Shown here in pieces: positions 10,151-18,065 of a stretch of DNA of 64,000 nt. How positions within the stretch are numbered: position 1 is the first letter of the stretch; each line of letters begins with the position of its first letter. A program made the position numbers and the translations under genes. The notes under the pieces are model-generated. The model was not told the origin of the DNA, ran no database searches, and worked only from the letters and a program-made list of their open reading frames with translations. Source of the DNA: an uncultured Victivallales bacterium (lineage in GTDB: Bacteria > Verrucomicrobiota > Kiritimatiellia > UBA8416); contig CAZCDU010000005.1 of NCBI GenBank assembly GCA_964497125.1, forward strand, positions 35,139 to 99,138, read 5' to 3'.

Positions 10151-11455
10151 CGCGAGGAAGCATAGTACGATGAGTGAAGTTACACGACGGCACTTCATGC
10201 GCGACACCGCGGTGGCCACTGCGGCGATCAGCACGTTCAACATTCTCTCTTCCCGTGCCCAGGAGGCAGCCGGAGGCGAGGTCCTCAAGGTAGCCGTTGT
10301 GGGATGCGGCGGTCGCGGCAATGGTGCGCTCGGCCACTTCCGGGATGCGGCGAAGCTTCTCGGGAAGGACATTGAGGTCGTCGCGCTATGCGATGCATTT
10401 GAGGACCGGGTCCAAGGCTCGTTGAAGCGCCATGGCGTTGACGCGTCCCGCGGGCACTGGGGCTTCAATGCCTACAAGAAAGCCGCGGAGTCGGACGCGG
10501 AGTTTGTTCTTATGGCGACGCCGCCGAACTTCCGCCCTCTGCATCTTGAGGCGATGATCGAGGCGGGCAAGCACTGCTTTGTCGAGAAGCCCGTTGCGGT
10601 GGATCCGGTCGGGGTGCGCAAGGTGATCGAAGTGGGGGAGCGAGCGAAAGCCAAGGGGCTGGCCATCGTGGCCGGCACTCAGCGCCGTTACCAGAAGAAC
10701 TTCATCATGAACAAGGCCCGCGTTGATGCCGGCGCGATCGGACAGATTGTTGGCGGTACGGTGTCATGGAACGGCCGAGTCCCGTGGATTCACAGACGGA
10801 AGGCTCACTACAGCGACGCCGAGTATATGACCCGTAACTGGTTGAACTTCACGGAGCTATCGGGCGACCACATCTGCGAGCAGCATGTGCATAACCTTGA
10901 TGTTGCCAACTGGTTCATCGGTCGTACGCCGCAGACCTTTATTGGGTTTGGCGGACGTGCCCGTCGCGAGACAGGCAACCAGTTTGATTTCTTCAGCGTT
11001 GACATGGACTATGGTGATGGCGTCCATATCCACAGTCAGTGCCGGCAGATTCCGGGTTGCTACAACCGGGTTGGCGAGGTCCTGCGTGGTACCGAGGGAA
11101 GGGTCGATGGTGGTGGTCGCCTATCCGGCAAAGAGGTGACCGTGCCGGATCCCGTGCTGGAGCATGGCAGCGGCTACGTCCAGGAGCATGTTGAACTGAT
11201 CAAGGGAGCCCGGAATGGGAAGCCCGCGAATGCAGCCCGCACCGTTGCTGAGGCGACACTATGCGCTGTCGCAGGTCGGATTTCTGCCTACACGGGCAAG
11301 TTGGTGCGGTGGCGTGATATGATGGAGAATACGAACTCCCCGCTCTATTCGCTCGAGCTTGCCCCGACGGCGTTGGCATTTGAGCAGGGCGAAATAGTCC
11401 TGCCCGCAGAAGTGGCACCAATACCCGGCATGGGGGATGGGGCACGGAATCGAGG
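9517..11455. repeat. Copy 2 of 1939-bp direct repeat
   Basis: See copy 1. Confidence 0.9.
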
Positions 11456-11459
11456 CTAG
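10170..11459 (+). CDS. Gfo/Idh/MocA family oxidoreductase with Tat signal (intact duplicate of 6662..7951)
   Basis: 429-aa product identical to first copy except where repeat ends at last codons. Confidence 0.8.
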   Translation: MSEVTRRHFMRDTAVATAAISTFNILSSRAQEAAGGEVLKVAVVGCGGRGNGALGHFRDAAKLLGKDIEVVALCDAFEDRVQGSLKRHGVDASRGHWGFNAYKKAAESDAEFVLMATPPNFRPLHLEAMIEAGKHCFVEKPVAVDPVGVRKVIEVGERAKAKGLAIVAGTQRRYQKNFIMNKARVDAGAIGQIVGGTVSWNGRVPWIHRRKAHYSDAEYMTRNWLNFTELSGDHICEQHVHNLDVANWFIGRTPQTFIGFGGRARRETGNQFDFFSVDMDYGDGVHIHSQCRQIPGCYNRVGEVLRGTEGRVDGGGRLSGKEVTVPDPVLEHGSGYVQEHVELIKGARNGKPANAARTVAEATLCAVAGRISAYTGKLVRWRDMMENTNSPLYSLELAPTALAFEQGEIVLPAEVAPIPGMGDGARNRG

Positions 11460-11586
11460 CAGCCTGTCGGTTTTCGAAGAAGACTGCGCGAATATCTGGT
11501 TCAACGACACCCGTTTGCATCAATCTGAAGCAGACGCTATCTTCTCAAGCGTCGGTTGCTTAAAGTCCGATCAGGCTGGCCTGCAC

Positions 11587-11606
11587 ATTTCACGATTACG
11601 TGAAAT
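11587..11606. other. Perfect palindrome atttcacg-atta-cgtgaaat
   Basis: 8-bp arms, 4-nt centre, intergenic downstream of duplicated oxidoreductase gene. Confidence 0.5.
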
Positions 11607-11807
11607 AGCAGGAATGGCGAAACACCCAAACACCCAAATCCGAAGCCAAAAGCCCCGATTCACGGTGGGTTCGTGCGTTTTGATATTCGGATTTAGTCAT
11701 TCTTTGGGTACTTGGGTATCTGGGCATTTGGGTGCTTGGTGCCATTTCGTCTGTAAGTAGTTTTGTGACAGAAGAACAGTCTTGAGTACGAAATGGCCCT
11801 GAGGTTG

Positions 11808-11836
11808 TTGCGTTTCACGGGGCTTTTCTCTATATT
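11808..11836 (+). promoter_or_regulatory. Sigma-70-like promoter TTGCGT-N17-TATATT upstream of secreted paralog A
   Basis: -35 11808-11813, -10 11831-11836 embedded in palindrome ctctatattatagag; ATG 11846 only ~10 nt downstream (near-leaderless). Confidence 0.4.
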
Positions 11837-11845
11837 ATAGAGGTG

Positions 11846-12574
11846 ATGAGACGTTGGGTTCATATAGCTGTGGTTTCGCTGTTGTTCGGCGTAAACGCGG
11901 AGTTGGCGCCAGGGGCTGATTTCTCGCGCTACTCGCTGATTCTGGACCGCCGGCCGTTTGCGGCGGCGACGTTGTCGGATGATGCGGCGGACAACATTGT
12001 GACCTTGGTGGCGCCGCCGGCCTTTGTCAAAGACCTACGGATGTGCGCGATTACCGAAAGCCCGGCCGGCATCCGCGTTGGCTTCGTGAACATCCAATCG
12101 AAACCACCGCAACCTTATTACCTTTATGTTGGGGACTCGGAAGACGGGATTGAGCTTGTCGAGGCCGACTACGATAAGGAAGGCGCCCTGCTTCGAAAGG
12201 GCACGGAGCAGTACTGGCTCTATATGGGGGCAGGCAGCGTTGCCAGCGGCAGTGCTCCTGCGGCTCCTTCATCTGTGACCGTCAGGACCTCTGTCTCTAA
12301 GGGCGGGAGAGGCGTACCGGCTGCCGCCTCGAAATCCGATGCCAAAGGTCCCGGTTCGGTTTCGTATGCGGAACGCCGCCGCCGTCGGCTTGAGCAGATG
12401 CGAGAGCGCGCGGCGGCGACCAGAAAGGTTACGGAAGCTGAGGCCGAGGAGAAACTGCGTAACTACCAGATGGATCTGATTCGCAAAGGCCTCACGCCTC
12501 TGCCAATGCAACTGACTCCGGAAATGGACGCCCAGCTTGTTGCAGAGGGCGTGCTTCCCGCCATGGAAGAGTGA
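11846..12574 (+). CDS. Secreted hypothetical protein, tandem paralog A
   Basis: Signal peptide; shares blocks with 12725..13438 (FSRY..IL.RRPF, LxMCAIT, VRVGF, Y[YF]L[YF]VG.xEDGI.[LV]VEADYD, C-terminal DAQLV.EGVL). Confidence 0.55.
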   Translation: MRRWVHIAVVSLLFGVNAELAPGADFSRYSLILDRRPFAAATLSDDAADNIVTLVAPPAFVKDLRMCAITESPAGIRVGFVNIQSKPPQPYYLYVGDSEDGIELVEADYDKEGALLRKGTEQYWLYMGAGSVASGSAPAAPSSVTVRTSVSKGGRGVPAAASKSDAKGPGSVSYAERRRRRLEQMRERAAATRKVTEAEAEEKLRNYQMDLIRKGLTPLPMQLTPEMDAQLVAEGVLPAMEE

Positions 12575-12580
12575 AGAGAG

Positions 12581-12620
12581 AAAGCTGAAATTGGGAAAGC
12601 TGAAAGCTGAGATGGGGATG
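12581..12620. repeat. Purine-rich intergenic repeat aaagctgaaattgggaaagctgaaagctgagatgggg (family member)
   Basis: Near-identical copy at 49891-49947. Confidence 0.6.
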
Positions 12621-12633
12621 GGATTCGTTATAG

Positions 12634-12672
12634 GCGTTGCACGTTGCAGTCGTTGCACGTTGCAGTCGTTGA
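12634..12672. repeat. Tandem ~16-bp repeats GTTGCAGTCGTTRCAC (2.5 units)
   Basis: gcgttgcacgttgcagtcgttgcacgttgcagtcgttgaac; same unit in tandem at 33429-33508. Confidence 0.6.
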
Positions 12673-12724
12673 ACGGGGGATCAAGAACCGGAGCTGGAGG
12701 AGCGCGTTAGGTGAAGGTGGGTAG

Positions 12725-13438
12725 ATGAGCATGAGAAAGCAGCTACTGTATATAGTATGTGTTTTGGCCGCTCTTCAGATAACTACCTCATATGGGGCTG
12801 TGGTGCAGTCCTTCTCTCGCTACGAAGTGATTCTCAGTCGTCGGCCGTTCGGGGAGGCGCCGTCTGAGGCGGAGTTGGCCGCAGCCAAGCCTGTCGTATC
12901 GACTGGACCATCCTTTATTGACTCTCTCCAGATGTGCGCCATTACTGCCGGCGGCGGGGCGGTTCGGGTTGGGTTCCTGGATACGAAGAGTAATCCCCCG
13001 AAGACGTACTTCCTCTTTGTTGGCGAAATGGAAGATGGCATCACTGTGGTCGAAGCGGACTACGATGCCGAGACCGCGCTTCTGAGCAAGGATGGTGATG
13101 AGCGGCTCCTGTCGATGTCGCCTGGCGGCACCGGTTCCTCTTTAACAGCACAAGCCGCGGTCGCTTCTCAAGAGCGCTCCCAGGCATTCAAGAGAATGCG
13201 CCGAGCGAGGGAACTGGCGAAACGTTCGCCAGAGGAGATTGCGCTCGCGCGGCAACTTGCAATCGAACGCAAAGCGCCTCTCTTGAAAGGAGAGGACTAT
13301 GACAAGCACATCCGCGCCTACAATATGAACCTTATCAGAGCTGGGGGAGACATGGGAGTACCCCTGCCCATTACGCTTACGGAGGAAGAGGACGCGCAGC
13401 TTGTTTCCGAAGGCGTATTGGGGACACCGGGAGAGTGA
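12725..13438 (+). CDS. Secreted hypothetical protein, tandem paralog B
   Basis: Signal peptide MSMRKQLLYIVCVLAALQ; paralogous to 11846..12574. Confidence 0.55.
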   Translation: MSMRKQLLYIVCVLAALQITTSYGAVVQSFSRYEVILSRRPFGEAPSEAELAAAKPVVSTGPSFIDSLQMCAITAGGGAVRVGFLDTKSNPPKTYFLFVGEMEDGITVVEADYDAETALLSKDGDERLLSMSPGGTGSSLTAQAAVASQERSQAFKRMRRARELAKRSPEEIALARQLAIERKAPLLKGEDYDKHIRAYNMNLIRAGGDMGVPLPITLTEEEDAQLVSEGVLGTPGE

Positions 13439-13469
13439 AAAAAAAAACGGAAAAACGGCTGAGAATCAC

Positions 13470-13499
13470 TTGACGGCGAGAAAGAAAATGGGTATAAAT
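13470..13499 (+). promoter_or_regulatory. Sigma-70-like promoter TTGACG-N17-TATAAAT
   Basis: cttgacggcgagaaagaaaatgggtataaatt; follows poly-A tract after paralog B; ~140-nt leader to ATG 13647. Confidence 0.45.
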
Positions 13500-13646
13500 T
13501 AAGTAGACCTAGGGGAAACCCTTAGTGGTTCCAGGGCTAAGGCAAGCTCTGAATTACGGGTTGACGTATCGGAAGCAGTTATAGTAGTATTCAAACAAGT
13601 AACGGGTTGGCTCGACAGGGAGAGCCGCAACAAGGAGGCAGGAGCA

Positions 13647-14435
13647 ATGAAGAAATTGTCACTAAGTCTGGTCGCTTTGATCGCCATGGCCATCGCAGCC
13701 CAAGCGGTAAACAGCGTAAACATCGTGGGAGTCAACACGCTTCAACTTGAGTCCGGGAAGCGCTACATTGCATCCGCGCCCCTGTATGATCCCAACGGTG
13801 ATGGCACCAATACTCTCCTTAGTGTATTTGGTACGGATCAACTCGTACAGGCTGTGAACTATATCAATGCGGATCGAATCATCCTCTTCGATACCGTAGC
13901 TGGTGCCTATCAGGCCTATGCGCAGTATACAGACGGGACGTTCTACGGCTGCAATAACCTTGCAGAGTGGAATGCAGGTTCTGTTCTTGGTAATGATGTG
14001 GTCTTGGAGCCAGGCACTTCGTTTTGGATTGTTCATCCCGCAGGAGAAGCAACGAGCGAAGTTACCCTTAGTGGTGAAGTGCTCGGTGGATCCGCACACA
14101 CTCAGGATGTGGCCCTTGTAACGGGATATCAGCTGGCAGCAAACCCCTATGCGTCAGAGATCGCCATTCAGGATATTGCCAAGATTGCGGATGGGGCGAC
14201 TGCCGATATCAACTACATCAATGCCGACCGTATCGTGACTTGGGATCCAGACGCTCAGGCCTATCAGGCATATGGGCTCTACACGGATGATACTTGGTAT
14301 AAGTGCAATGATCTGGCTGAGTGGAATGCTGGTGGTGATGTTACTGCGACCGTTCCTGTGGCCGGTGGATTCTGGTATATCTCAAAAACGGACTTTACAT
14401 TGACAGACGCCTGTCCGTATAGTGCCGCATACTAA
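13647..14435 (+). CDS. Secreted hypothetical protein with internal tandem domain duplication
   Basis: Signal peptide MKKLSLSLVALIAMAIAAQA; two ~100-aa repeats (NYINADRIILFD..YQAYAQYTDGTFYGCNNLAEWNAG / NYINADRIVTWD..YQAYGLYTDDTWYKCNDLAEWNAGG). Confidence 0.55.
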   Translation: MKKLSLSLVALIAMAIAAQAVNSVNIVGVNTLQLESGKRYIASAPLYDPNGDGTNTLLSVFGTDQLVQAVNYINADRIILFDTVAGAYQAYAQYTDGTFYGCNNLAEWNAGSVLGNDVVLEPGTSFWIVHPAGEATSEVTLSGEVLGGSAHTQDVALVTGYQLAANPYASEIAIQDIAKIADGATADINYINADRIVTWDPDAQAYQAYGLYTDDTWYKCNDLAEWNAGGDVTATVPVAGGFWYISKTDFTLTDACPYSAAY

Positions 14436-14476
14436 AGAACGTTTGTGTGGTTCACTGAATTGATTGGAGCTAGATA

Positions 14477-15052
14477 ATGACGAAGTGGGTTGGACTAGGG
14501 ATCGTGATGATCGCGCTTGCCGCGAGTACTTCTTTCGGAGGTACAATTGCTTGGGCATACGCAAGTGACTTGGGTGGAAGCTACACGGCAGGCTGGCTAG
14601 TGGAAATCATTGAGGACGTCAACCAAGACGGGATTTCCATTGGGGGTGGCCTTGGTAGCGGTATGATAATGTACAGGAATCCAGGAGATTTGTCGCGAGC
14701 TCACCTCGATGGTGATGACACTTGGGTGACGGCTAATATCACGACGACCCTGCAGAGCGGGAAGACGGGAACAGGATGGGGAACTACCTTCAATGCTCCT
14801 GGATCGTCGCTAGCTACATCTGACAATATTTACACCGTCATCTACAATGGGGCGACGTTTGAGAGCGCAACGCAGTACCGCGTCGTTGATGCCTCACCTT
14901 TCGCTCTACCCTCAACGGATATTGATGCGGACTATGCACCTGGGTCAGTGAATGGTGCATGGGCTCCCATCGTAGCAGTGCCGGAGCCTGGGAGTATGGT
15001 TCTTTTCGCCTTAGGCATCGTGACACTGGCCGTACGTCGCAAGCGCCGCTAG
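14477..15052 (+). CDS. PEP-CTERM sorting-domain protein (exosortase substrate)
   Basis: C-terminus VPEPGSMVLFALGIVTLAVRRKRR = PEP motif + TM helix + basic tail. Confidence 0.7.
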   Translation: MTKWVGLGIVMIALAASTSFGGTIAWAYASDLGGSYTAGWLVEIIEDVNQDGISIGGGLGSGMIMYRNPGDLSRAHLDGDDTWVTANITTTLQSGKTGTGWGTTFNAPGSSLATSDNIYTVIYNGATFESATQYRVVDASPFALPSTDIDADYAPGSVNGAWAPIVAVPEPGSMVLFALGIVTLAVRRKRR

Positions 15053-15077
15053 CTCTGGACGAATCAGATTCGTAGAT

Positions 15078-15110
15078 GGGGGCCTCTCGCGAGGCCCCCA
15101 TCTTTTTTTT
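15078..15110 (+). terminator. Rho-independent terminator
   Basis: gggggcctc-tcgc-gaggccccc stem followed by tcttttttttg. Confidence 0.8.
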
Positions 15111-15138
15111 GCCGTCTACGTATCATGGGAATCCGCCA

Positions 15139-15750
15139 ATGACTGTTTTCTCAAGACTCCTTCTTTTGATTTGCATGTGCATCATAGGTAGCACTTGCGA
15201 CGCTGAGCAGCCGCTGTCAAAGAATCTTCTTTTTCTTGCTTCACCGGAAGTGTCGTCTGAACTTGCCAACGCACGTTTCAGGTTCCTGGAAATGAACGTG
15301 AGAGGGACGCTCCGCACAGATAGGACCCTTTTGCGCACCGCGGAGCTGACTCCGAAAGAGCAGCTCAAGGCATTTTCTTGTATGGTGACTGACGGAGATG
15401 CCCTAGTCATTGCTCTTGTCAACTCACCATCTGGAGGAGGCCCCGTCGTTGCCTACTCGGTAGGGCTTGGTGCCTCCGTGGTCAACATTTCGCCGATCCT
15501 AGCGATGAAAGAGCTTACGCCGACGGGGCAGAGCGCGAGAATCGATAGGGCCCTGATGTTTGCAATTGGGATGCTACTGCAAGTTGATTCGTGCATGAAT
15601 CCATTCTGCGCCTTGAGCGAGGTCGATCATTTCCGTAAGGATCAATTGCCTGGGCGGAATTACTGCCCCGCCTGCACCGACAAGGTCTCTGACCAGCTCA
15701 AGAACCATGGGGTATGTGAGGGGACGCCGCTGCCGAAATCCGGCAAGTAG
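15139..15750 (+). CDS. Cys-rich secreted/lipoprotein-like hypothetical protein (CX4C...X18...CXXC motif)
   Basis: Start MTVFSRLLLLICMCIIGSTC; C-terminal CMNPFC...CPAC zinc-ribbon-like spacing; upstream part of ORF 15076 lies in terminator. Confidence 0.4.
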   Translation: MTVFSRLLLLICMCIIGSTCDAEQPLSKNLLFLASPEVSSELANARFRFLEMNVRGTLRTDRTLLRTAELTPKEQLKAFSCMVTDGDALVIALVNSPSGGGPVVAYSVGLGASVVNISPILAMKELTPTGQSARIDRALMFAIGMLLQVDSCMNPFCALSEVDHFRKDQLPGRNYCPACTDKVSDQLKNHGVCEGTPLPKSGK

Positions 15751-15768
15751 AGCTTGGCCTTGCTGTAT

Positions 15769-17958
15769 CTATTTGCCTCGGTGGCCCTCGCTCTTGGCGG
15801 GGATCTTGCCCTTTACGAGCAGTGCTGTCTTCATCAACGTGATGACATTGCTGAAGTCATCCGTCCAGAGAATGTCCTTGTCCTCTGCGCCAAGTGGTCT
15901 GATGATTGCGCCTTCTGGTGCGCTTACCGCATAGGCTGTGTCACGTGAGAGGAGTACCCATAGGCAGTCGGCCATGATTCGCATGTCGCCTGTTCCTTCA
16001 ACAACGTATCCGTGCAACCCATAGTGTTTGGCAATGCCTGCGAGTACGGGAACCAGATCCAGGTACATATTGGTGATTTGGATGGCCAACACACCGTTCT
16101 CGGGGTTGAGGTGGGCTAGATAGGTCGCAAACGCCTCGACGGTCAGCAGATGAACGGGGATGGCATCGCCATTGAAGGCATCCATGTTGAGAATGTCAAA
16201 ATTGTGGGATCCGTTTTCTTCCAACTCCTGCTCCATTGAAAGCCTTGCATCCCCGATGACTAGCTCTACATCTGCAGGGCAAGCCGACAGATACCTGAAG
16301 TGCGCTGTGTTTGTGGCAATGTCCACAACATCAGGGCTGAGCTCATAGAACCGAAACCGGTCACCATCGCGACCGTAGGCGGCGACCGTTCCTATGCCAA
16401 GTCCGAGTACTCCCACGTGCATGTTTGGAGACACGCCTGTCTCGGCGCTCTGTCGCTTTGGGTGGTTGGCGAAGGCGATCCCGATGCCGCTTCTGGGACC
16501 AAAGTAGGCATTGGGAATGTTTGCGAATGGTCCTCGGTCGAACTGCAGCCCGTGGCAGATCTTGCCATGCATGAGCGAATAGACATGGACCCCCCTTGCT
16601 TGTTCCTCTTCAACAACCTTGAGCGCACCGTAGAAGCTGCGAGAACGGGCGACGGTTGTCAATGTTGGTCCATCCTCGGGCATTTTGGAGAGGGCAAACA
16701 GAATAGCAGCAGTTGCAACCAGCATTGGGACTCGCCATGAATGCATCCAAGCACGATCAAAAAGGAAGGTAGTCGCCAGAACGCAGGAGAACATGAGTCC
16801 GATCCGGAGTTCCCAGTAGTCTGAAAAGAGAATAGGTGCGGCGATACCAACGAAAAGGCCTCCAATTGCCCCCCCTAAGGCGATCATCAGGTAGAAGAAC
16901 GTCAGCAAGTCTGGCGAAGGTCTCTGCTTGTGGAGCATTCCCAGGCAGAGCATGCACGAGCAGAACAGGCAAATCAGGTATGTGGCCAACTGGGGTATCA
17001 TCCCAAGCTTGAGTTCGTGTTGCATCACGTAGAGCAAGACACCCGTCACTGGCAGCATAATCGTGGCCGCGATCACGGGTATGTTCGCTGCATGACTGCT
17101 GAAACAGATAATGAAGGCGATTAAGTAGAGAGAGAGGGGTAGTAGCCAGAGCAGTGGGACGGGAGCCACATTGGCGCAGATCTGGTTCGTCATGGAGATC
17201 AGCATCAATGTGGCACATGCCGAAAGGCCGAGCCAAACCAACCCCTTCCTCCAAACCCGGCTGATAGGGAATTTGGCCTCAGTTCTGGTTGCAATGGCAG
17301 ATCGCATTTTGAGGGCGTGCAGCGAACACGCTGTACAGACTATAGCGAAAGCTACATATCCCAGACCCCACATTGAAGCTTGCTGTCTGATCCCAGACAG
17401 AGGCTCCAGCAATAGCGGATACACCAGAAGGGCGAAGAGTGACCCCACATTTGAGATCGCATAGAAGAAATAGAGGGGCTTCTTCTGGCTACTGTCTTTG
17501 CCATAGAACCATGATTGAACGAGGGGGCTAGTGCTGGAAAGCAGTAAGTAGGGCAGACCAACAGACATAGCAAGGATGATGACGACCGCCAGTGTTGGGT
17601 CATGCTCCAGAAGAGCCATTGCCCATGCGCGTGGTGGTGTGACCGGCGTGCCCCAGATTGCGTGCTGCCACCCGAGTGAGGCAAGCGAAAGCACGATTAG
17701 AGTTATATGGCAGACAACCTGCGTCATGATCCTGGTCTGCGAAATCAGGTAGGCATAGAGATACCCGAAAAACAGTAGCGCTTGAAAGAAGAGTAGGCAT
17801 GCAGTCCACACGGATGCAGCACCGCCAAACCAGGGAAGAATATGTTTGGCTATGAGTGGTTGTACCAGAAACAGCTCGAAGGCACTCAGAAATGCCAGCA
17901 GCAAGTAAACTGTAGTAACTGCCGTGCTTTTTGTTGAATTGCTGTTCGCTATACTCAT
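15769..17958 (-). CDS. Polytopic membrane protein fused to C-terminal spermidine/spermine synthase-like (aminopropyltransferase fold) domain
   Basis: ~12+ TM helices then VLGLGIGTVAAYG...FRFYELSPDVVDIA...VIGDARL...NFDILNMDAF; start ambiguous (ATG 17958 or upstream 18030/18123). Confidence 0.6.
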   Translation of the reverse strand: MSIANSNSTKSTAVTTVYLLLAFLSAFELFLVQPLIAKHILPWFGGAASVWTACLLFFQALLFFGYLYAYLISQTRIMTQVVCHITLIVLSLASLGWQHAIWGTPVTPPRAWAMALLEHDPTLAVVIILAMSVGLPYLLLSSTSPLVQSWFYGKDSSQKKPLYFFYAISNVGSLFALLVYPLLLEPLSGIRQQASMWGLGYVAFAIVCTACSLHALKMRSAIATRTEAKFPISRVWRKGLVWLGLSACATLMLISMTNQICANVAPVPLLWLLPLSLYLIAFIICFSSHAANIPVIAATIMLPVTGVLLYVMQHELKLGMIPQLATYLICLFCSCMLCLGMLHKQRPSPDLLTFFYLMIALGGAIGGLFVGIAAPILFSDYWELRIGLMFSCVLATTFLFDRAWMHSWRVPMLVATAAILFALSKMPEDGPTLTTVARSRSFYGALKVVEEEQARGVHVYSLMHGKICHGLQFDRGPFANIPNAYFGPRSGIGIAFANHPKRQSAETGVSPNMHVGVLGLGIGTVAAYGRDGDRFRFYELSPDVVDIATNTAHFRYLSACPADVELVIGDARLSMEQELEENGSHNFDILNMDAFNGDAIPVHLLTVEAFATYLAHLNPENGVLAIQITNMYLDLVPVLAGIAKHYGLHGYVVEGTGDMRIMADCLWVLLSRDTAYAVSAPEGAIIRPLGAEDKDILWTDDFSNVITLMKTALLVKGKIPAKSEGHRGK

Positions 17959-18065
17959 GATCAGAGAAGTGACGATGAAGGATTTGCGTGTTGCTGTCAA
18001 ATCTGATCGTGTACGTTCGAACTTCCGCATTGTCACACTCCCCAGAGCCTGTGTACGATCAGGGC

